Source: Oceanispirochaeta sp. (GTDB lineage Bacteria > Spirochaetota > Spirochaetia > DSM-2461). From it: 64,000 nucleotides of DNA. Where the stretch lies: positions 32,001-96,000 of the forward strand of contig CAXXXD010000001.1 in assembly GCA_963663385.2 (NCBI GenBank), in the 5' to 3' direction. The notes below the pieces were generated by a model. The model did not search any database and was not told the origin of the DNA. It saw nothing but the letters and a program-made list of their open reading frames with translations. Positions 32,704-43,093 of this stretch are shown one piece after another; positions within the stretch are counted from its first letter, which is position 1; each line of letters starts with the position of its first letter. A program made the position numbers and the translations under genes.

Positions 32704-33681
32704 TTGAGTGATATTAATAATGACACAATGAAAGAATCCGTCGATAACCATTCCCCTCTGTCAGATAGAATCTCTCCCCTTGCCTTCGGAGCCTGGGGAA
32801 TCGGCGGAGAGTACTGGGGCCCCCAGGAGCATAAGGATTCGGTCAGAGCTGTCCATAAGGCTCTGGCCCTGGGAGTGAACCATTTTGATACGGCTCCGGT
32901 TTACGGGAAAGGCCGGTCGGAGCAGCTGATCGGACAGCAGCTGAAGAAGATCCGCAAAGACTGTTTCATCGCCAGCAAGGCATTCTATACAACTCCCGAA
33001 AAAATGGAAAAGAGTCTGAAAACAAGCCTGAACAGACTGCTGACGGACTACCTGGACATCTTCTATATTCACTGGCCCCTGGGCGGAGCGGACATGAGAC
33101 CGGGAATGGAGATGCTGGAAAAGATGCGGCGGCAGGGCAGGATAAGAGCCATCGGAGTCAGCAATTTCACAATTGAGCAGATTAAAATGGTCCGGGAAGC
33201 CGGAGATGTGGATATTTATCAGGGAGGATACAGTGTTTTATGGCCCCTGGCGGAAAAGGAGATCATCCCCTATTGCCGGGAAGAGAGGATCCCTTTCATC
33301 CCCTACGGGATACTGGCTCAGGGGCTGCTGACGGATACGGGACTGGAAAAACTCAATCATCCCCCGGAAGGATTCCGGCATAACATGCTCCTCTTTCAAA
33401 GGGGTGTTAAAGACGCCGTACAGTCCCAGCTCATCAGCATTCAGGAAAGCTGCCGTAAACAGGGATGGTCTGTAGAACACGCGGTAACCCTGTATACACA
33501 GGAGCGGACACAATCGCCCAGCCTTCTGCTGGGCACCCGGACCAGGGAACAGGCGGAAAAGAATTTCCGTCTGCCCGGTTCCCCCCTTCCTGACGAAATC
33601 AGATGCCGGCTGGACAGGAGCCGCAGTGAAATTGATAAATATTTACCGAAGGCGGACAATATGTTCGGCCATAAAAGTTGA
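32704..33681 (+). CDS. Aldo/keto reductase (start may be ATG 32728)
   Basis: FDTAPVYGKGRSE, SLNRLLTDYLDIFYIHWP, IGVSNF. Confidence 0.9.
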   Translation: MSDINNDTMKESVDNHSPLSDRISPLAFGAWGIGGEYWGPQEHKDSVRAVHKALALGVNHFDTAPVYGKGRSEQLIGQQLKKIRKDCFIASKAFYTTPEKMEKSLKTSLNRLLTDYLDIFYIHWPLGGADMRPGMEMLEKMRRQGRIRAIGVSNFTIEQIKMVREAGDVDIYQGGYSVLWPLAEKEIIPYCREERIPFIPYGILAQGLLTDTGLEKLNHPPEGFRHNMLLFQRGVKDAVQSQLISIQESCRKQGWSVEHAVTLYTQERTQSPSLLLGTRTREQAEKNFRLPGSPLPDEIRCRLDRSRSEIDKYLPKADNMFGHKS

Positions 33682-33723
33682 AGTTCCCGAAATAACATGG
33701 GATAATAACCAAGAGGTATCAGG

Positions 33724-34077
33724 ATGGGAAGAACACTGCTCTATGCGGAAGATGAATTTACAAACAGAAAGATTGTCGAAATGGTCTGCCGTAAAATGAA
33801 TATAAACTGCATTCTTGCAGAAGACGGACTCCAGGCGCTGGAACTCTTCAGGCAGGAAACGCCCGACCTGGTGATCCTGGATCAGTATATGCCCGGCTAC
33901 AACGGAGATATTGTTGCGGAAAAAATCCGGAAGGATAATAAGGAGATTCCCCTTATTGCCATAACAAGTGATGATGATGCTGTAACCAGACTGGAAAATT
34001 CCGGTTTTAATCGTGTACTGGTAAAACCGGTCAAAAACAGGGATTATGAATCCCTGTTAAATACGTACCTGGAGTAA
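33724..34077 (+). CDS. Single-domain response regulator
   Basis: YAEDE, LDQYMP, KPV receiver motifs. Confidence 0.85.
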   Translation: MGRTLLYAEDEFTNRKIVEMVCRKMNINCILAEDGLQALELFRQETPDLVILDQYMPGYNGDIVAEKIRKDNKEIPLIAITSDDDAVTRLENSGFNRVLVKPVKNRDYESLLNTYLE

Positions 34078-34080
34078 TAC

Positions 34081-35631
34081 ATGGGTTTCCTGAAAAAAGC
34101 AGGATTGATTCTGATCCTGTTCCCCCTTCTTTCGGCTGTCGTATCTGCTGAAGAGACTGCGCCCTTTACCGTTAACTTTTCCCCTACCCGTTTTTCACTG
34201 AATCCCCAGTATGGGTTTACAACAGCAGAAGCACAGATATACACCGCCCTCTATGAAGGTCTGGTCAGCTATCACCCGGCCAACCTCCTGCCTCAGCCGG
34301 GGATTGCCGAATCCTGGGAGATTGATGAAGACGGCACCCTTTATACTTTTCACCTCAGAGAAGATCTGAAATGGAGCAACGGCGATACCCTGACCGCATC
34401 CCAGCTCCGCCGGTCCTGGATTAAGCTGCTCTCACCGGAAGTTTCTGCGGATTATGCATCCCTTCTGGATGATATCCCCGGTGCGAAGGAGTACCGGCAC
34501 GGTTCGGGAAAAGCGGAGGATGTGGCCATTGAAGCCCCCGACGACAGAACGTTCATTGTCCATCTTAAACAGAAAGTTCCCTACTTTCTTCAGATTCTCT
34601 GCCACTACAGCTTTGTCCCCATACACCCCAGTCTTCTGGATCAGGAAAACTGGTGGGAACTGAAGGATATTCCCGTAAACGGTCCTTTTGCCTTTTCCGG
34701 GGAAACAAGCAGGAAACAGATAAAACTGACCGGGAATGAACAGTACTGGGACAGAGATATCCTGAAAATAAGCTCTTTGAATCTGCAGTTCAGCGAAGAC
34801 AGGGAAGAACTTATGGATCAGTTCCGTCTCTATCAGGTGGATTGGGTTGTTTCCGGATGGGATGGAGCTTCACTGGATCCTCAGAGACTTGAAATCAATC
34901 CTCTGTTTGCCACATCCTACTACTTTTTTAACAATAAACAGAAACCATGGGATGACTGGCGTGTCAGAAAAGGTCTGGCTCTACTCCTGCCATGGGATAA
35001 AATCCGATCCCAGGAATTCCTGCCCACAACACGTCTGATACCGGCCATTCCCGGATACCCGGATTTGAAGGGGATTGAAAAGGCCTCCGTTCAGGAAGGA
35101 CTCGATCTTCTGGAGGAGGCAGGTTATCCGGAGGGAGCCGGTCTGCCGGAAATCCGGATCAGGGTACCCTATGCGGACAGCATGGCCCTGAATCTGATCA
35201 AAACAAGTCTGGAGGAACTGCTGAAAACCACTGTTGTTCTGGATGAGATTTCCTCCTTTTCCGAGTACTACAAGTCCCTGAGAAACGACGATTACGCCCT
35301 GGGACAGATCACCTGGATTGGGGATTATGCAGATCCCATGACCTTCCTGCAGATGTGGGAGGAAAACAGCAGCCTGAATGATGCGGGTTTTTACAATAAA
35401 GAATATGATACGCTGCTGGATGAAGCGGACGATGACAACCGCCTGGAGAAGATGGCCGAAGCGGAAGGGATCCTGCTGGACACCGCCCAGGTTCTACCCA
35501 TGAGCCACTCACCGGCCCTGAACCTTATAGACCTGCGTTTTATCGAAGGCTGGTATCATAATGTTCTGGATATCCATCCTTTCAAGTACATCAGGTTCCG
35601 GAACAGCTTCGAAATCCCCGGTACTATCTGA
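34081..35631 (+). CDS. oppA: Orphan peptide ABC transporter substrate-binding protein
   Basis: LYEGLV, PGIAESW, YTFHLR..LKWSNG, WIGDYADPMTFL. Confidence 0.85.
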   Translation: MGFLKKAGLILILFPLLSAVVSAEETAPFTVNFSPTRFSLNPQYGFTTAEAQIYTALYEGLVSYHPANLLPQPGIAESWEIDEDGTLYTFHLREDLKWSNGDTLTASQLRRSWIKLLSPEVSADYASLLDDIPGAKEYRHGSGKAEDVAIEAPDDRTFIVHLKQKVPYFLQILCHYSFVPIHPSLLDQENWWELKDIPVNGPFAFSGETSRKQIKLTGNEQYWDRDILKISSLNLQFSEDREELMDQFRLYQVDWVVSGWDGASLDPQRLEINPLFATSYYFFNNKQKPWDDWRVRKGLALLLPWDKIRSQEFLPTTRLIPAIPGYPDLKGIEKASVQEGLDLLEEAGYPEGAGLPEIRIRVPYADSMALNLIKTSLEELLKTTVVLDEISSFSEYYKSLRNDDYALGQITWIGDYADPMTFLQMWEENSSLNDAGFYNKEYDTLLDEADDDNRLEKMAEAEGILLDTAQVLPMSHSPALNLIDLRFIEGWYHNVLDIHPFKYIRFRNSFEIPGTI

Positions 35632-36037
35632 ACTCAAATACCTGAACCTTAACCAGCGCCACCGTTACAATCCCCGGTACACTCTTGAACTTCTCGTACC
35701 GGTGGAGGTGGTAATTCACAAGTTCCACAATCTCTTCTTTCAAAAGCTCCTCATTCACGGATGAAAAATCTACCGCCTTTTTCTGACAGAACAGATTTCT
35801 GAGAGCATCAATGAGAACGGGCTTCAGCTCGGCCAGACTGTACTGGGTCTTCTTGTCTCCCCAGGCATAGGCCAGTTCTACTTTCAAAATGAAGAAGAGA
35901 GGGTTCTCATCGCTGGTTGTACCGGATATTTCCGGTATGTTCTTGTAGTAGGAAACTTCTGCCAGCTCTTTGGAACAGGAGGGAAATAGTAGCAGGAGAG
36001 GCAGCAGCAGAAGTATAATCTTTTTTTTTCCGGACAT
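35624..36037 (-). CDS. FliL-like protein (lipoprotein signal)
   Basis: VELAY...LIDALRNLF..K...LKEEI...VN pattern of FliL; lipobox FPSC. Confidence 0.6.
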   Translation of the reverse strand: MSGKKKIILLLLPLLLLFPSCSKELAEVSYYKNIPEISGTTSDENPLFFILKVELAYAWGDKKTQYSLAELKPVLIDALRNLFCQKKAVDFSSVNEELLKEEIVELVNYHLHRYEKFKSVPGIVTVALVKVQVFEFR

Positions 36038-36110
36038 ATTTCTAGTGTCGGCAGGAAAGAGTCGCCGGTCAAGCTCTTGTCAAAAAGGGCGTTACGATTT
36101 ACTCTATCCC

Positions 36111-36623
36111 ATGGAAAAAATCTACATAAGCTATAATCAAATTCACAATACAATGAAGGACCTATCCAAACAGGTTAAAGACTCCTCGTTTGATCCTGAT
36201 CTGATGGTTGCTATCGGTACAGGCGGCTTTATTCCAGCCAGAATGGCAAAGACCTTCCTTAATATACCAATCCTGACCGTCGGGATTGCCTACTATGATC
36301 TGGACGACAACCCCACAGACAAACCGGCTATTACCCAGTGGGTGGATCAGCCGGATAAACAGCTCAGGGGAAAAAGAATTCTTCTGGTTGACGAAGTAGA
36401 TGACACCCGGGCGACCATAGGATTCTGCCTGGACGAACTGATGAAGCATGAACCGGCGGAAATCGCCCTGATGGTTATCCACAACAAGGAAAAAGAGAAA
36501 AAACACGAAGTCCCCGAATGGATCAACCACTATTTTATCGGTAAAAACTTCCAGGACCAGTGGATCTGCTACCCCTGGGATGCGGAGGATACGGACTATC
36601 AGGAGAAGATGGCTAACAGCTGA
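36111..36623 (+). CDS. Purine phosphoribosyltransferase (start moved to 36111)
   Basis: AIGTGGFIPA, PRPP loop LLVDEVDDTRAT, WICYPW. Confidence 0.88.
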   Translation: MEKIYISYNQIHNTMKDLSKQVKDSSFDPDLMVAIGTGGFIPARMAKTFLNIPILTVGIAYYDLDDNPTDKPAITQWVDQPDKQLRGKRILLVDEVDDTRATIGFCLDELMKHEPAEIALMVIHNKEKEKKHEVPEWINHYFIGKNFQDQWICYPWDAEDTDYQEKMANS

Positions 36624-36632
36624 GCCTCTCGA

Positions 36633-36845
36633 ACCTCCCCCGCCCCCTCCTCAGGAGGGGAGTAAGTTCTGTTTTTCTCCTTCGTAAGATTGCTTATTAG
36701 ATCAGAAAGGGACTAAGCAATGAAGTGAAACAGAATGACCAAGAGCTGAAGTAGTCATGTTTTCTCCTCAGGACCATTATCTATCTCTACAAAGGTAAAA
36801 AGCAAGACGATTTCCCCTTCCACGAGGAGGGGGCCAGGGGGAGGT
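36633..36845. repeat. REP/MITE-like element with ~30-bp imperfect terminal inverted repeats
   Basis: 5' ACCTCCCCCGCCCCCTCCTCAGGAGGGGAG versus reverse complement of 3' end ACCTCCCCCTGGCCCCCTCCTCGTGGAAGGGGAA; between convergent stops. Confidence 0.7.
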
Positions 36846-39800
36846 CTACATGGACTTCTTCAAATCCTGTCTCTTACCGGCAGCTGCCGGGTACTTCAGA
36901 TAAGGAACTATGGCATCGTTCTTCAACCCGCCTGTTCCATCATAGGTAATGGAGAGAACGGGTACCCCCGTTACTTCTCTGATTCTTTTACTCATGGCCT
37001 CCGTCACAAGTCCGGCACAGCAGAATCCCGGATTCAATTGGATAAAGAGGGAGAGGTCCGGATACTGTCTGCTGATATACCATGTCTTCAACAGATTGTC
37101 CTGAGATTCGCCCTCATGATCCACCCGGACGGAAAATTTTTCCAGAATCGCTTCGGGGTTTTCATCAAACTGGGCCACTGGCTCTTCCAGAACTTTTTCA
37201 AAATGCCTGTAATACCACTTTTCCATGGTGCCCAGAGCCCCCATCAGGGGCTTCAGCGTCAGAAGTTTTCCGAACTTCATCTCTCTGGTCCAGCGGTGAA
37301 AGTAATTCTCCACGGTCATACGGGTATACTCGTGATAGGGCATGGTGACAACTTCCCCGCCGTTCTTCTCAATGTAGTGAATCACATCCTGGTTCATCAC
37401 GGGATTATCCCTTACATACACATCACCAAACAGAGTGACCTTGGGCCTTCTCTGGTCCCGGTTATAGGGTATCCATTCAAAAAGCTGCATAATTTCCTGA
37501 ATGGCCTGAACTTTGTTACCCTTTCCGGCAAACACTTCTCCCAGCAAGGCAAGAGACTGCGCCACGGCTCTATCCGTTTGTCCGGGATTGTACTCATAAG
37601 GCCTTATCCGGCAGGCGATCCGTCTGATCAGACCGGAAAACATATAGGCCAGGTAGGCGTTGGCCGTTACAAGAGGAGACAGATCAATATAGGTCATCTG
37701 CCCCAGATAGACTTTTGCCTTTTCCAGCCCTCCGCCATAGGCTTTGAACAATTCCTGAACCTGATGGGGAAACATCTTTATATTGCAGGAGAATTCCGCA
37801 CTGGGGATCCAGAGGTTCGTATCCTCCGGTTTGAGTTTGTACTTTTCCAGGGTAGCAGCAAAACCGTTTACAAGGGCATTCATGGGAATACACTGGCCAT
37901 TGTTCCATTTCAGGCTCTGCCGGATGGTTTCCTCCGTCTCTTCCATAACCCAGGTTTTGTAGCCCTGATTATTCAGAACAGAAGCGATCAGGGGAACCGC
38001 ATAATCATCCCAGTTGGGTATAACAAGGTTTTTATGCCTGGAAAGCTCTCTCAGATAGGAAGGATTTATCCCGTCATAATTCCGGTCGAATCGTCCCTCT
38101 TCCCGGGAGAGATGATTCCCGAAGGAACGGGCTGCCGCTTCAATACGGGTTTCGTACCCGACGGAAGAATCGTGTTCATCCAGCTCCAGAATCAGATAAG
38201 GCTTTTCGTGCCGGTCCAGGATTTTCTTTACATACTCTGTAATAAACGAATCGGGGCCGCATTTGAAGGATGTAACCAGGACGGGGTATAGACCGGGTGT
38301 CCGGGCCGTAATCTCAGCAGCCTCCAGGATCTTCGCCCCATAGACCCAGGGTACGTCCTTCAGCAGAGGGGCTATGGCCTTAAGAGAATCCTGATCATAG
38401 TCCAGCATATCCTGATAGAAAACCCTGATTCCCAGGGAACCGAATATCCCGGGGATCCCCTTATTCATCTCGGGGGGCAGTACCGAATAAGGCCGTCCCA
38501 GCAGGACAACATCAACCCTGTCATCAGCCGTTTTATTCTCTTTATAGAGAGACCTGTACGAAAGATCGCGCATTTTTCGGAATTCCTCGGCCTTGTCCAG
38601 GGCAGAGGAGATCTGCAGAACCGACCGCTTCAATCCGGGAACATCCTGCAGGGCATGGTAGAGCTCACTGATCAGTTGAAAGGAGGAGTAACGAGTGGAA
38701 GCGAGAGGCGCAATCACCTTTTCTTCTCCCCCGATCTGTTTAATAAGAGATGAAGCGAACTGGGTGAAGTAACAGAACTTCCGCAGCTCTCCGTTCTTTC
38801 CGCGCTTCCTTTCCAGGTATACCGGCATAAAAAGGTAGTCGCACTTTTTCAGCAGAGAGACCGCATGACCGTGCAGAGCCGAAATGGGGGCACAGAATTC
38901 AGCCCCCGTATAGGGTTTTCCAGTCTTAATGGGGTGAGTCATACCCCGGCTGCTTATAACAGGGATTCCCAGCTCCCGGAAGAAGATCTCCCAGTATATC
39001 CGGTCCTCAGTCAGGTAGAGGCCGTCGGGGATCCCGATAAGAGGAGCTTCTGCCGGAAATTGATGAGCCTCCCCGTTTCCGGCCGATAACTCCCGGTCAA
39101 CCCGGGCTCTCTCCTTCAGAAGATCCCAGCCGCTGCTGTTTTTGCTGACATAACTTTCCGTTTCATAATCCCGGCCGCAAAGGAAACCGAAAGCAACGCT
39201 GCGCCCGTCCAGATCGGCAATAGTTAACTTGCAGTGATTCCCGCAGAGCTTGCAGACTTCCCGTCTGAGGGGCACCTCTTTCTTATAGAATTCCACTCCG
39301 ATAAAGTTATCCCTCCGGACCTGATTATCCGCCAGAGTCAGGGCAGCCCCCAGGGCTCCCGTGAGATGACAGTAGGGAGACACCAGGATAGGTTTCTGCA
39401 GCTTCTGTTCAAAAGCCGCTACCAGAGAACGGTTACGGGCTGTGGCCCCCTGGAAAAAGACTCTGTTTCCGATGTTATTTTCAACAGCCACCTTTCTCAG
39501 ATAGTTCTCCCGCACCGCATGAAGAGCCGCCGCAAGGACTTCGGAGACACTGCAGCCTTCGGAAAGGAGATGATTGATATCCCTCTCCATAAATACGGTG
39601 CAACGGTCGCTGACACCGGGGGCCTCAACCCCGTCCGCCAGATTCGCATAATCCCGGATACTTACCCCCATACGGGCGGCCTGTTCTTCCAGAAAACTGC
39701 CTGTACCGGCGGCGCAGACATTATTCATTACAGAAAGGGTTACCCTGCCGTTTTTCAAAGTGGTGAACTTGGCATCCTGCCCTCCGATCTCCAATATGGT

Positions 39801-41099
39801 ATCCACGTGGGGGTCCAGTTCACAGGCGGCTCTGGCATGGGCGCTGATTTCATCCAGAACCACATCGGCATGAATCAGGTTTCCGATAAACTTCCGCCCC
39901 GATCCTGTGGTCGCGCTGCCCAGAACCAGCAGTCGGGTATTTTCTTTCCCGGCAGCAATGGAAACAGCTTCCAGCAGGGCCTGGACCGCTTCCAGAGGCC
40001 TTCCGGCAGTCCTGGTGTAGAAACCGCCCAGAACCTTCCCTTCCGTATCACATACCACCGCCTTGGTGCTGGTAGACCCGATGTCGATACCCATATAGCA
40101 GTCCAGCACTTCCGGCCAGGATTCGAAGAGTTCCACCTCCACAAAGGGCTGGCCGGGCCGTCCCTGAATAGGCTGGTCCCAGCTCAGATAGGATGAAAAA
40201 TCGGGGTAGTCGGATAGTCTAAGAGTCAGGGGAGGATAGAAACAGCTCCTGTCCACCTCTTCCGCTTTATAGAGGGACTCCCCGTCAGAACAGAGGGACA
40301 GCTCTTCATCTGTAACGGACCCCTCCCTTTTCTCATCCAGAAGAGAGAGGGCGGCTCCGATAGCCCCCTGCCAGGGGCCGTCGGGATCGATCAGCAGCTC
40401 GGACCCGATCATGGAAGAAATATGCCGGTAGACAGCTTCATTCAGGGAAACCCCGCCTGTAAACAGAACAGGCCCTTCCAGGTCATCATCCTTAAAAAGG
40501 GTATCAACCAGATTGGCAGCCAGTCCCTGGCAGAGCCCCTCACTGATACCGGGCAGGGAGTATCCCTCCTGCTGAGCATGTATCAGATCCGTCTTGGCAA
40601 ACACGGCGCATCGGGTTGCTACCAGGGGCACGGGATCCCTGTTCTCCAGGGCCGTCCGGCTCAGCTCTGCACTGTTCCCCATATTGAGCCGTCCCGCCTG
40701 CTGATCCAGAAAACTGCCCGTACCGGCAGCGCAGGATGTATTGGTCCGGATGCTTTGATAGTTTCCTTCCCTGTCGAAGCGGATAAGGGAGAACTGCTCT
40801 CCCCCTACCAGAAGGATCGCTCCGGTATGGGGATAACGTTCCTTTACCGAACGGATACAGGCCATCCTGGAATCGTAGCTGCGGTCGTAGATGAGACGGG
40901 TTATATTACGGCCGGTAGCCGCGCAGCCCCTGACCCTGCTCCAGTCCATGCGGGACGATACAGTTACAAGCGCCTCCCGTACATTCCCTTCGTGAGGAAC
41001 ACATTCCCTCTGCAGAATTCTTCCCCCTGAGTCTATCTCGACTGCTGCGAGAGAGACGGATCCGATATCGATTCCCAGTACGGTACTGTTTTCACTCAT
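36846..41099 (-). CDS. CoA-substrate-specific enzyme activase (two BadF/BadG/BcrA/BcrD ATPase domains plus DUF2229-type domains)
   Basis: GIDIGS twice, CAAGTGSFL twice, RCAVF/RCTVF, EIGGQDAK, SFKCGPD, LELDEH. Confidence 0.9.
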   Translation of the reverse strand: MSENSTVLGIDIGSVSLAAVEIDSGGRILQRECVPHEGNVREALVTVSSRMDWSRVRGCAATGRNITRLIYDRSYDSRMACIRSVKERYPHTGAILLVGGEQFSLIRFDREGNYQSIRTNTSCAAGTGSFLDQQAGRLNMGNSAELSRTALENRDPVPLVATRCAVFAKTDLIHAQQEGYSLPGISEGLCQGLAANLVDTLFKDDDLEGPVLFTGGVSLNEAVYRHISSMIGSELLIDPDGPWQGAIGAALSLLDEKREGSVTDEELSLCSDGESLYKAEEVDRSCFYPPLTLRLSDYPDFSSYLSWDQPIQGRPGQPFVEVELFESWPEVLDCYMGIDIGSTSTKAVVCDTEGKVLGGFYTRTAGRPLEAVQALLEAVSIAAGKENTRLLVLGSATTGSGRKFIGNLIHADVVLDEISAHARAACELDPHVDTILEIGGQDAKFTTLKNGRVTLSVMNNVCAAGTGSFLEEQAARMGVSIRDYANLADGVEAPGVSDRCTVFMERDINHLLSEGCSVSEVLAAALHAVRENYLRKVAVENNIGNRVFFQGATARNRSLVAAFEQKLQKPILVSPYCHLTGALGAALTLADNQVRRDNFIGVEFYKKEVPLRREVCKLCGNHCKLTIADLDGRSVAFGFLCGRDYETESYVSKNSSGWDLLKERARVDRELSAGNGEAHQFPAEAPLIGIPDGLYLTEDRIYWEIFFRELGIPVISSRGMTHPIKTGKPYTGAEFCAPISALHGHAVSLLKKCDYLFMPVYLERKRGKNGELRKFCYFTQFASSLIKQIGGEEKVIAPLASTRYSSFQLISELYHALQDVPGLKRSVLQISSALDKAEEFRKMRDLSYRSLYKENKTADDRVDVVLLGRPYSVLPPEMNKGIPGIFGSLGIRVFYQDMLDYDQDSLKAIAPLLKDVPWVYGAKILEAAEITARTPGLYPVLVTSFKCGPDSFITEYVKKILDRHEKPYLILELDEHDSSVGYETRIEAAARSFGNHLSREEGRFDRNYDGINPSYLRELSRHKNLVIPNWDDYAVPLIASVLNNQGYKTWVMEETEETIRQSLKWNNGQCIPMNALVNGFAATLEKYKLKPEDTNLWIPSAEFSCNIKMFPHQVQELFKAYGGGLEKAKVYLGQMTYIDLSPLVTANAYLAYMFSGLIRRIACRIRPYEYNPGQTDRAVAQSLALLGEVFAGKGNKVQAIQEIMQLFEWIPYNRDQRRPKVTLFGDVYVRDNPVMNQDVIHYIEKNGGEVVTMPYHEYTRMTVENYFHRWTREMKFGKLLTLKPLMGALGTMEKWYYRHFEKVLEEPVAQFDENPEAILEKFSVRVDHEGESQDNLLKTWYISRQYPDLSLFIQLNPGFCCAGLVTEAMSKRIREVTGVPVLSITYDGTGGLKNDAIVPYLKYPAAAGKRQDLKKSM

Positions 41100-41117
41100 G
41101 GGTTCTGTCTCCCTCTT

Positions 41118-41591
41118 TCAGATTTTATCCCGGACAACACTCCAGAAATCATCTACCCCTTTTTTCCACCCTGTTAAAACGGTCTTTTTAAATGCATCTA
41201 TCCCTCCGGCCATAAGGGAAGGGAACTGCTGCAGCTGATCCAGAGTTGCCTGAAGCTGTACTTCAAGATGGGGGATAGCCAGAATCTGATCGGGAGAAGC
41301 GGATACAGCGGTTAAAAGGTCTTCATAATGGGCGCGGGAAGCCCAGAGCTGACCGGCCTCTTCCGCCTTCAGAAAGATTTTCCGTTCCCAACCGGATTTC
41401 TCCTGTTTCAGCCTCTTGATAATATCATTCAGCCCTTTGTCTTCGCTGATTCTCTGCTGGAACTCTTCCTTTCTGCAGATTGCCTCGGATACGGCATCCT
41501 GAAAGATACGGGACATATTAAAACCGGAACGCCACTCGTCTATCTTCTGATACAGGGCATCCGGTACGGTCAGGGTTATTTTCCTTGCCAT
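41118..41591 (-). CDS. Hypothetical protein with RHH-like N-terminus, probable regulator (start moved to 41591)
   Basis: RKITLTVPD beta-strand followed by two helices (NMSRIFQDAV); GGAGG RBS. Confidence 0.6.
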   Translation of the reverse strand: MARKITLTVPDALYQKIDEWRSGFNMSRIFQDAVSEAICRKEEFQQRISEDKGLNDIIKRLKQEKSGWERKIFLKAEEAGQLWASRAHYEDLLTAVSASPDQILAIPHLEVQLQATLDQLQQFPSLMAGGIDAFKKTVLTGWKKGVDDFWSVVRDKI

Positions 41592-41603
41592 GATTTGCCT
41601 CCG

Positions 41604-41660
41604 GCACGTGTCTTTAAATACTATACGTATTATTTTAAAAGCACGTGTCTTAATTGGCAA
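41604..41660 (-). promoter_or_regulatory. Promoter with repeated operator-like boxes
   Basis: TTGCCA-N17-TAAAAT; GCACGTGTCTT at 41604-41614 and 41641-41651 with ATACGTAT between. Confidence 0.65.
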
Positions 41661-41692
41661 GTTTTTTCTGAACGCAATTCTTTTTGAATTTT

Positions 41693-41725
41693 AAAAAAGG
41701 GCCTCCCGAAAGAAGCCCTCAAAGG
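41693..41725 (-). terminator. Intrinsic terminator after amidohydrolase (copy 1 of 33-bp direct repeat)
   Basis: AGGGCTTC-loop-GAGGCCCT plus T6 on minus strand. Confidence 0.7.
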
Positions 41726-41743
41726 AAAAACCGGAAAAATGTC

Positions 41744-43090
41744 TTATACATCCATATTTTTAACTTCAATCCTGTTCATATTTTTCTGCATCAGAGAGAG
41801 ATAGGATTCCCTGGTCATTGGGGGAATAAATCCGTCCAATATCCCCTCAGCTTTCCCGGCTCCATCAGCCAGCAGATCTATTACTGTCATTGCCATGGCT
41901 TTGGCGGGTAGAAGATACGCCGTCTCCTTATCGGTAAGGTGAAAATCTCTGGTATGAATGGCCCCTTTCACCCCCCCCATCATTGGATGAAGACTCGGCA
42001 TAATCTGGGAAACATCACCGAAATCAAAGGATCCGGTAAAATCACCTCCTTCGAGGATATTATCACCGCAGCCCAGCTTTTTTAAATTCTCCCTGAAGAT
42101 AGAGTCCATCCGGGGATAATTCAGAATGGGCAGATATCCTGAAATATCTTCGATTTCGATATCTGCCCCTACCGCAAAGGCGCCTGCTTTCAGCGCACGG
42201 TTTACTTTATCATTCGAATCAACCATCCCTTCTATGGTTCTGGCCCTTACATAAGCTTCCATTCTGACATCTGCAGGTATGACATTTACAATATCACCGC
42301 CTTTGGTGATAATCGGATGAACCCTGACCCTGTCGGAGTCTTTAAACGTCTCCCTCTGAACCTGAATATTCATCATAGCCAAAGTAGCGGCATTTAAAGC
42401 ATTGACACCTAATTCCGGAGCAGAACCGGCATGGGATTCTTTCCCTGTAAATCTGACTTTTTTACCAATGAATCCATTACTGACAGGCCCGATCAGGGCC
42501 TTATTGTCTCCCATATCGAGTGCATGAAACATAATACTCATATCAACATCATCAAAATAGCCTCTATGGATTAATTCCTGCTTCCCCCCGAAGTAGGAGA
42601 TTTGACCTTTTTTTCTTAAGCTTTCACGGTATTCCAGTTCAACAAACTCTTCCGCCGGAACAGCCATAACAGAAATTCTGCCATGAAGACTGGAAAGAAC
42701 TCCGGACTGAACCAGACCATAGACCGCACCAAGAAGACCGGCCAACTGGATATTATGCCCACAGGCATGGACATGTCCGGAACTGTTGGCAGAGGCATGA
42801 TCCTTTACGACAATGGCATCCAGCTCCCCCATCAACGCTATACAGGGGCCCGATGAATTCCTGTTCAGAAAAGACCGGCAGCCGGTTACGGCAATATTAT
42901 GTTCCACTTCAAGTCCCAGAGATTCCAGGAAGTCTGCCACAATTTCGGTTGTCTTCACTTCCCGATACCCCAGCTCAGGAGTATCGAAAATCTGATCACC
43001 GATCCTGTATATAGCGTCCCTTCCGCTTTCAATCGCCTCAATGGTTCTTTGTTTAAGCTCATCCACCGGCATATACCCCTCCTCAATCAC
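41744..43090 (-). CDS. M20-family amidohydrolase
   Basis: PELGYRE, GELDA, HACGHN, AVPAEE, SHAGSAP, GSFDFGDVS. Confidence 0.9.
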   Translation of the reverse strand: MIEEGYMPVDELKQRTIEAIESGRDAIYRIGDQIFDTPELGYREVKTTEIVADFLESLGLEVEHNIAVTGCRSFLNRNSSGPCIALMGELDAIVVKDHASANSSGHVHACGHNIQLAGLLGAVYGLVQSGVLSSLHGRISVMAVPAEEFVELEYRESLRKKGQISYFGGKQELIHRGYFDDVDMSIMFHALDMGDNKALIGPVSNGFIGKKVRFTGKESHAGSAPELGVNALNAATLAMMNIQVQRETFKDSDRVRVHPIITKGGDIVNVIPADVRMEAYVRARTIEGMVDSNDKVNRALKAGAFAVGADIEIEDISGYLPILNYPRMDSIFRENLKKLGCGDNILEGGDFTGSFDFGDVSQIMPSLHPMMGGVKGAIHTRDFHLTDKETAYLLPAKAMAMTVIDLLADGAGKAEGILDGFIPPMTRESYLSLMQKNMNRIEVKNMDV

Positions 43091-43093
43091 CTG

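Noticed and set aside
37038..41030. Several long plus-strand ORFs (417, 320, 202 aa)
   Set aside because: Antisense shadows of the CoA activase gene
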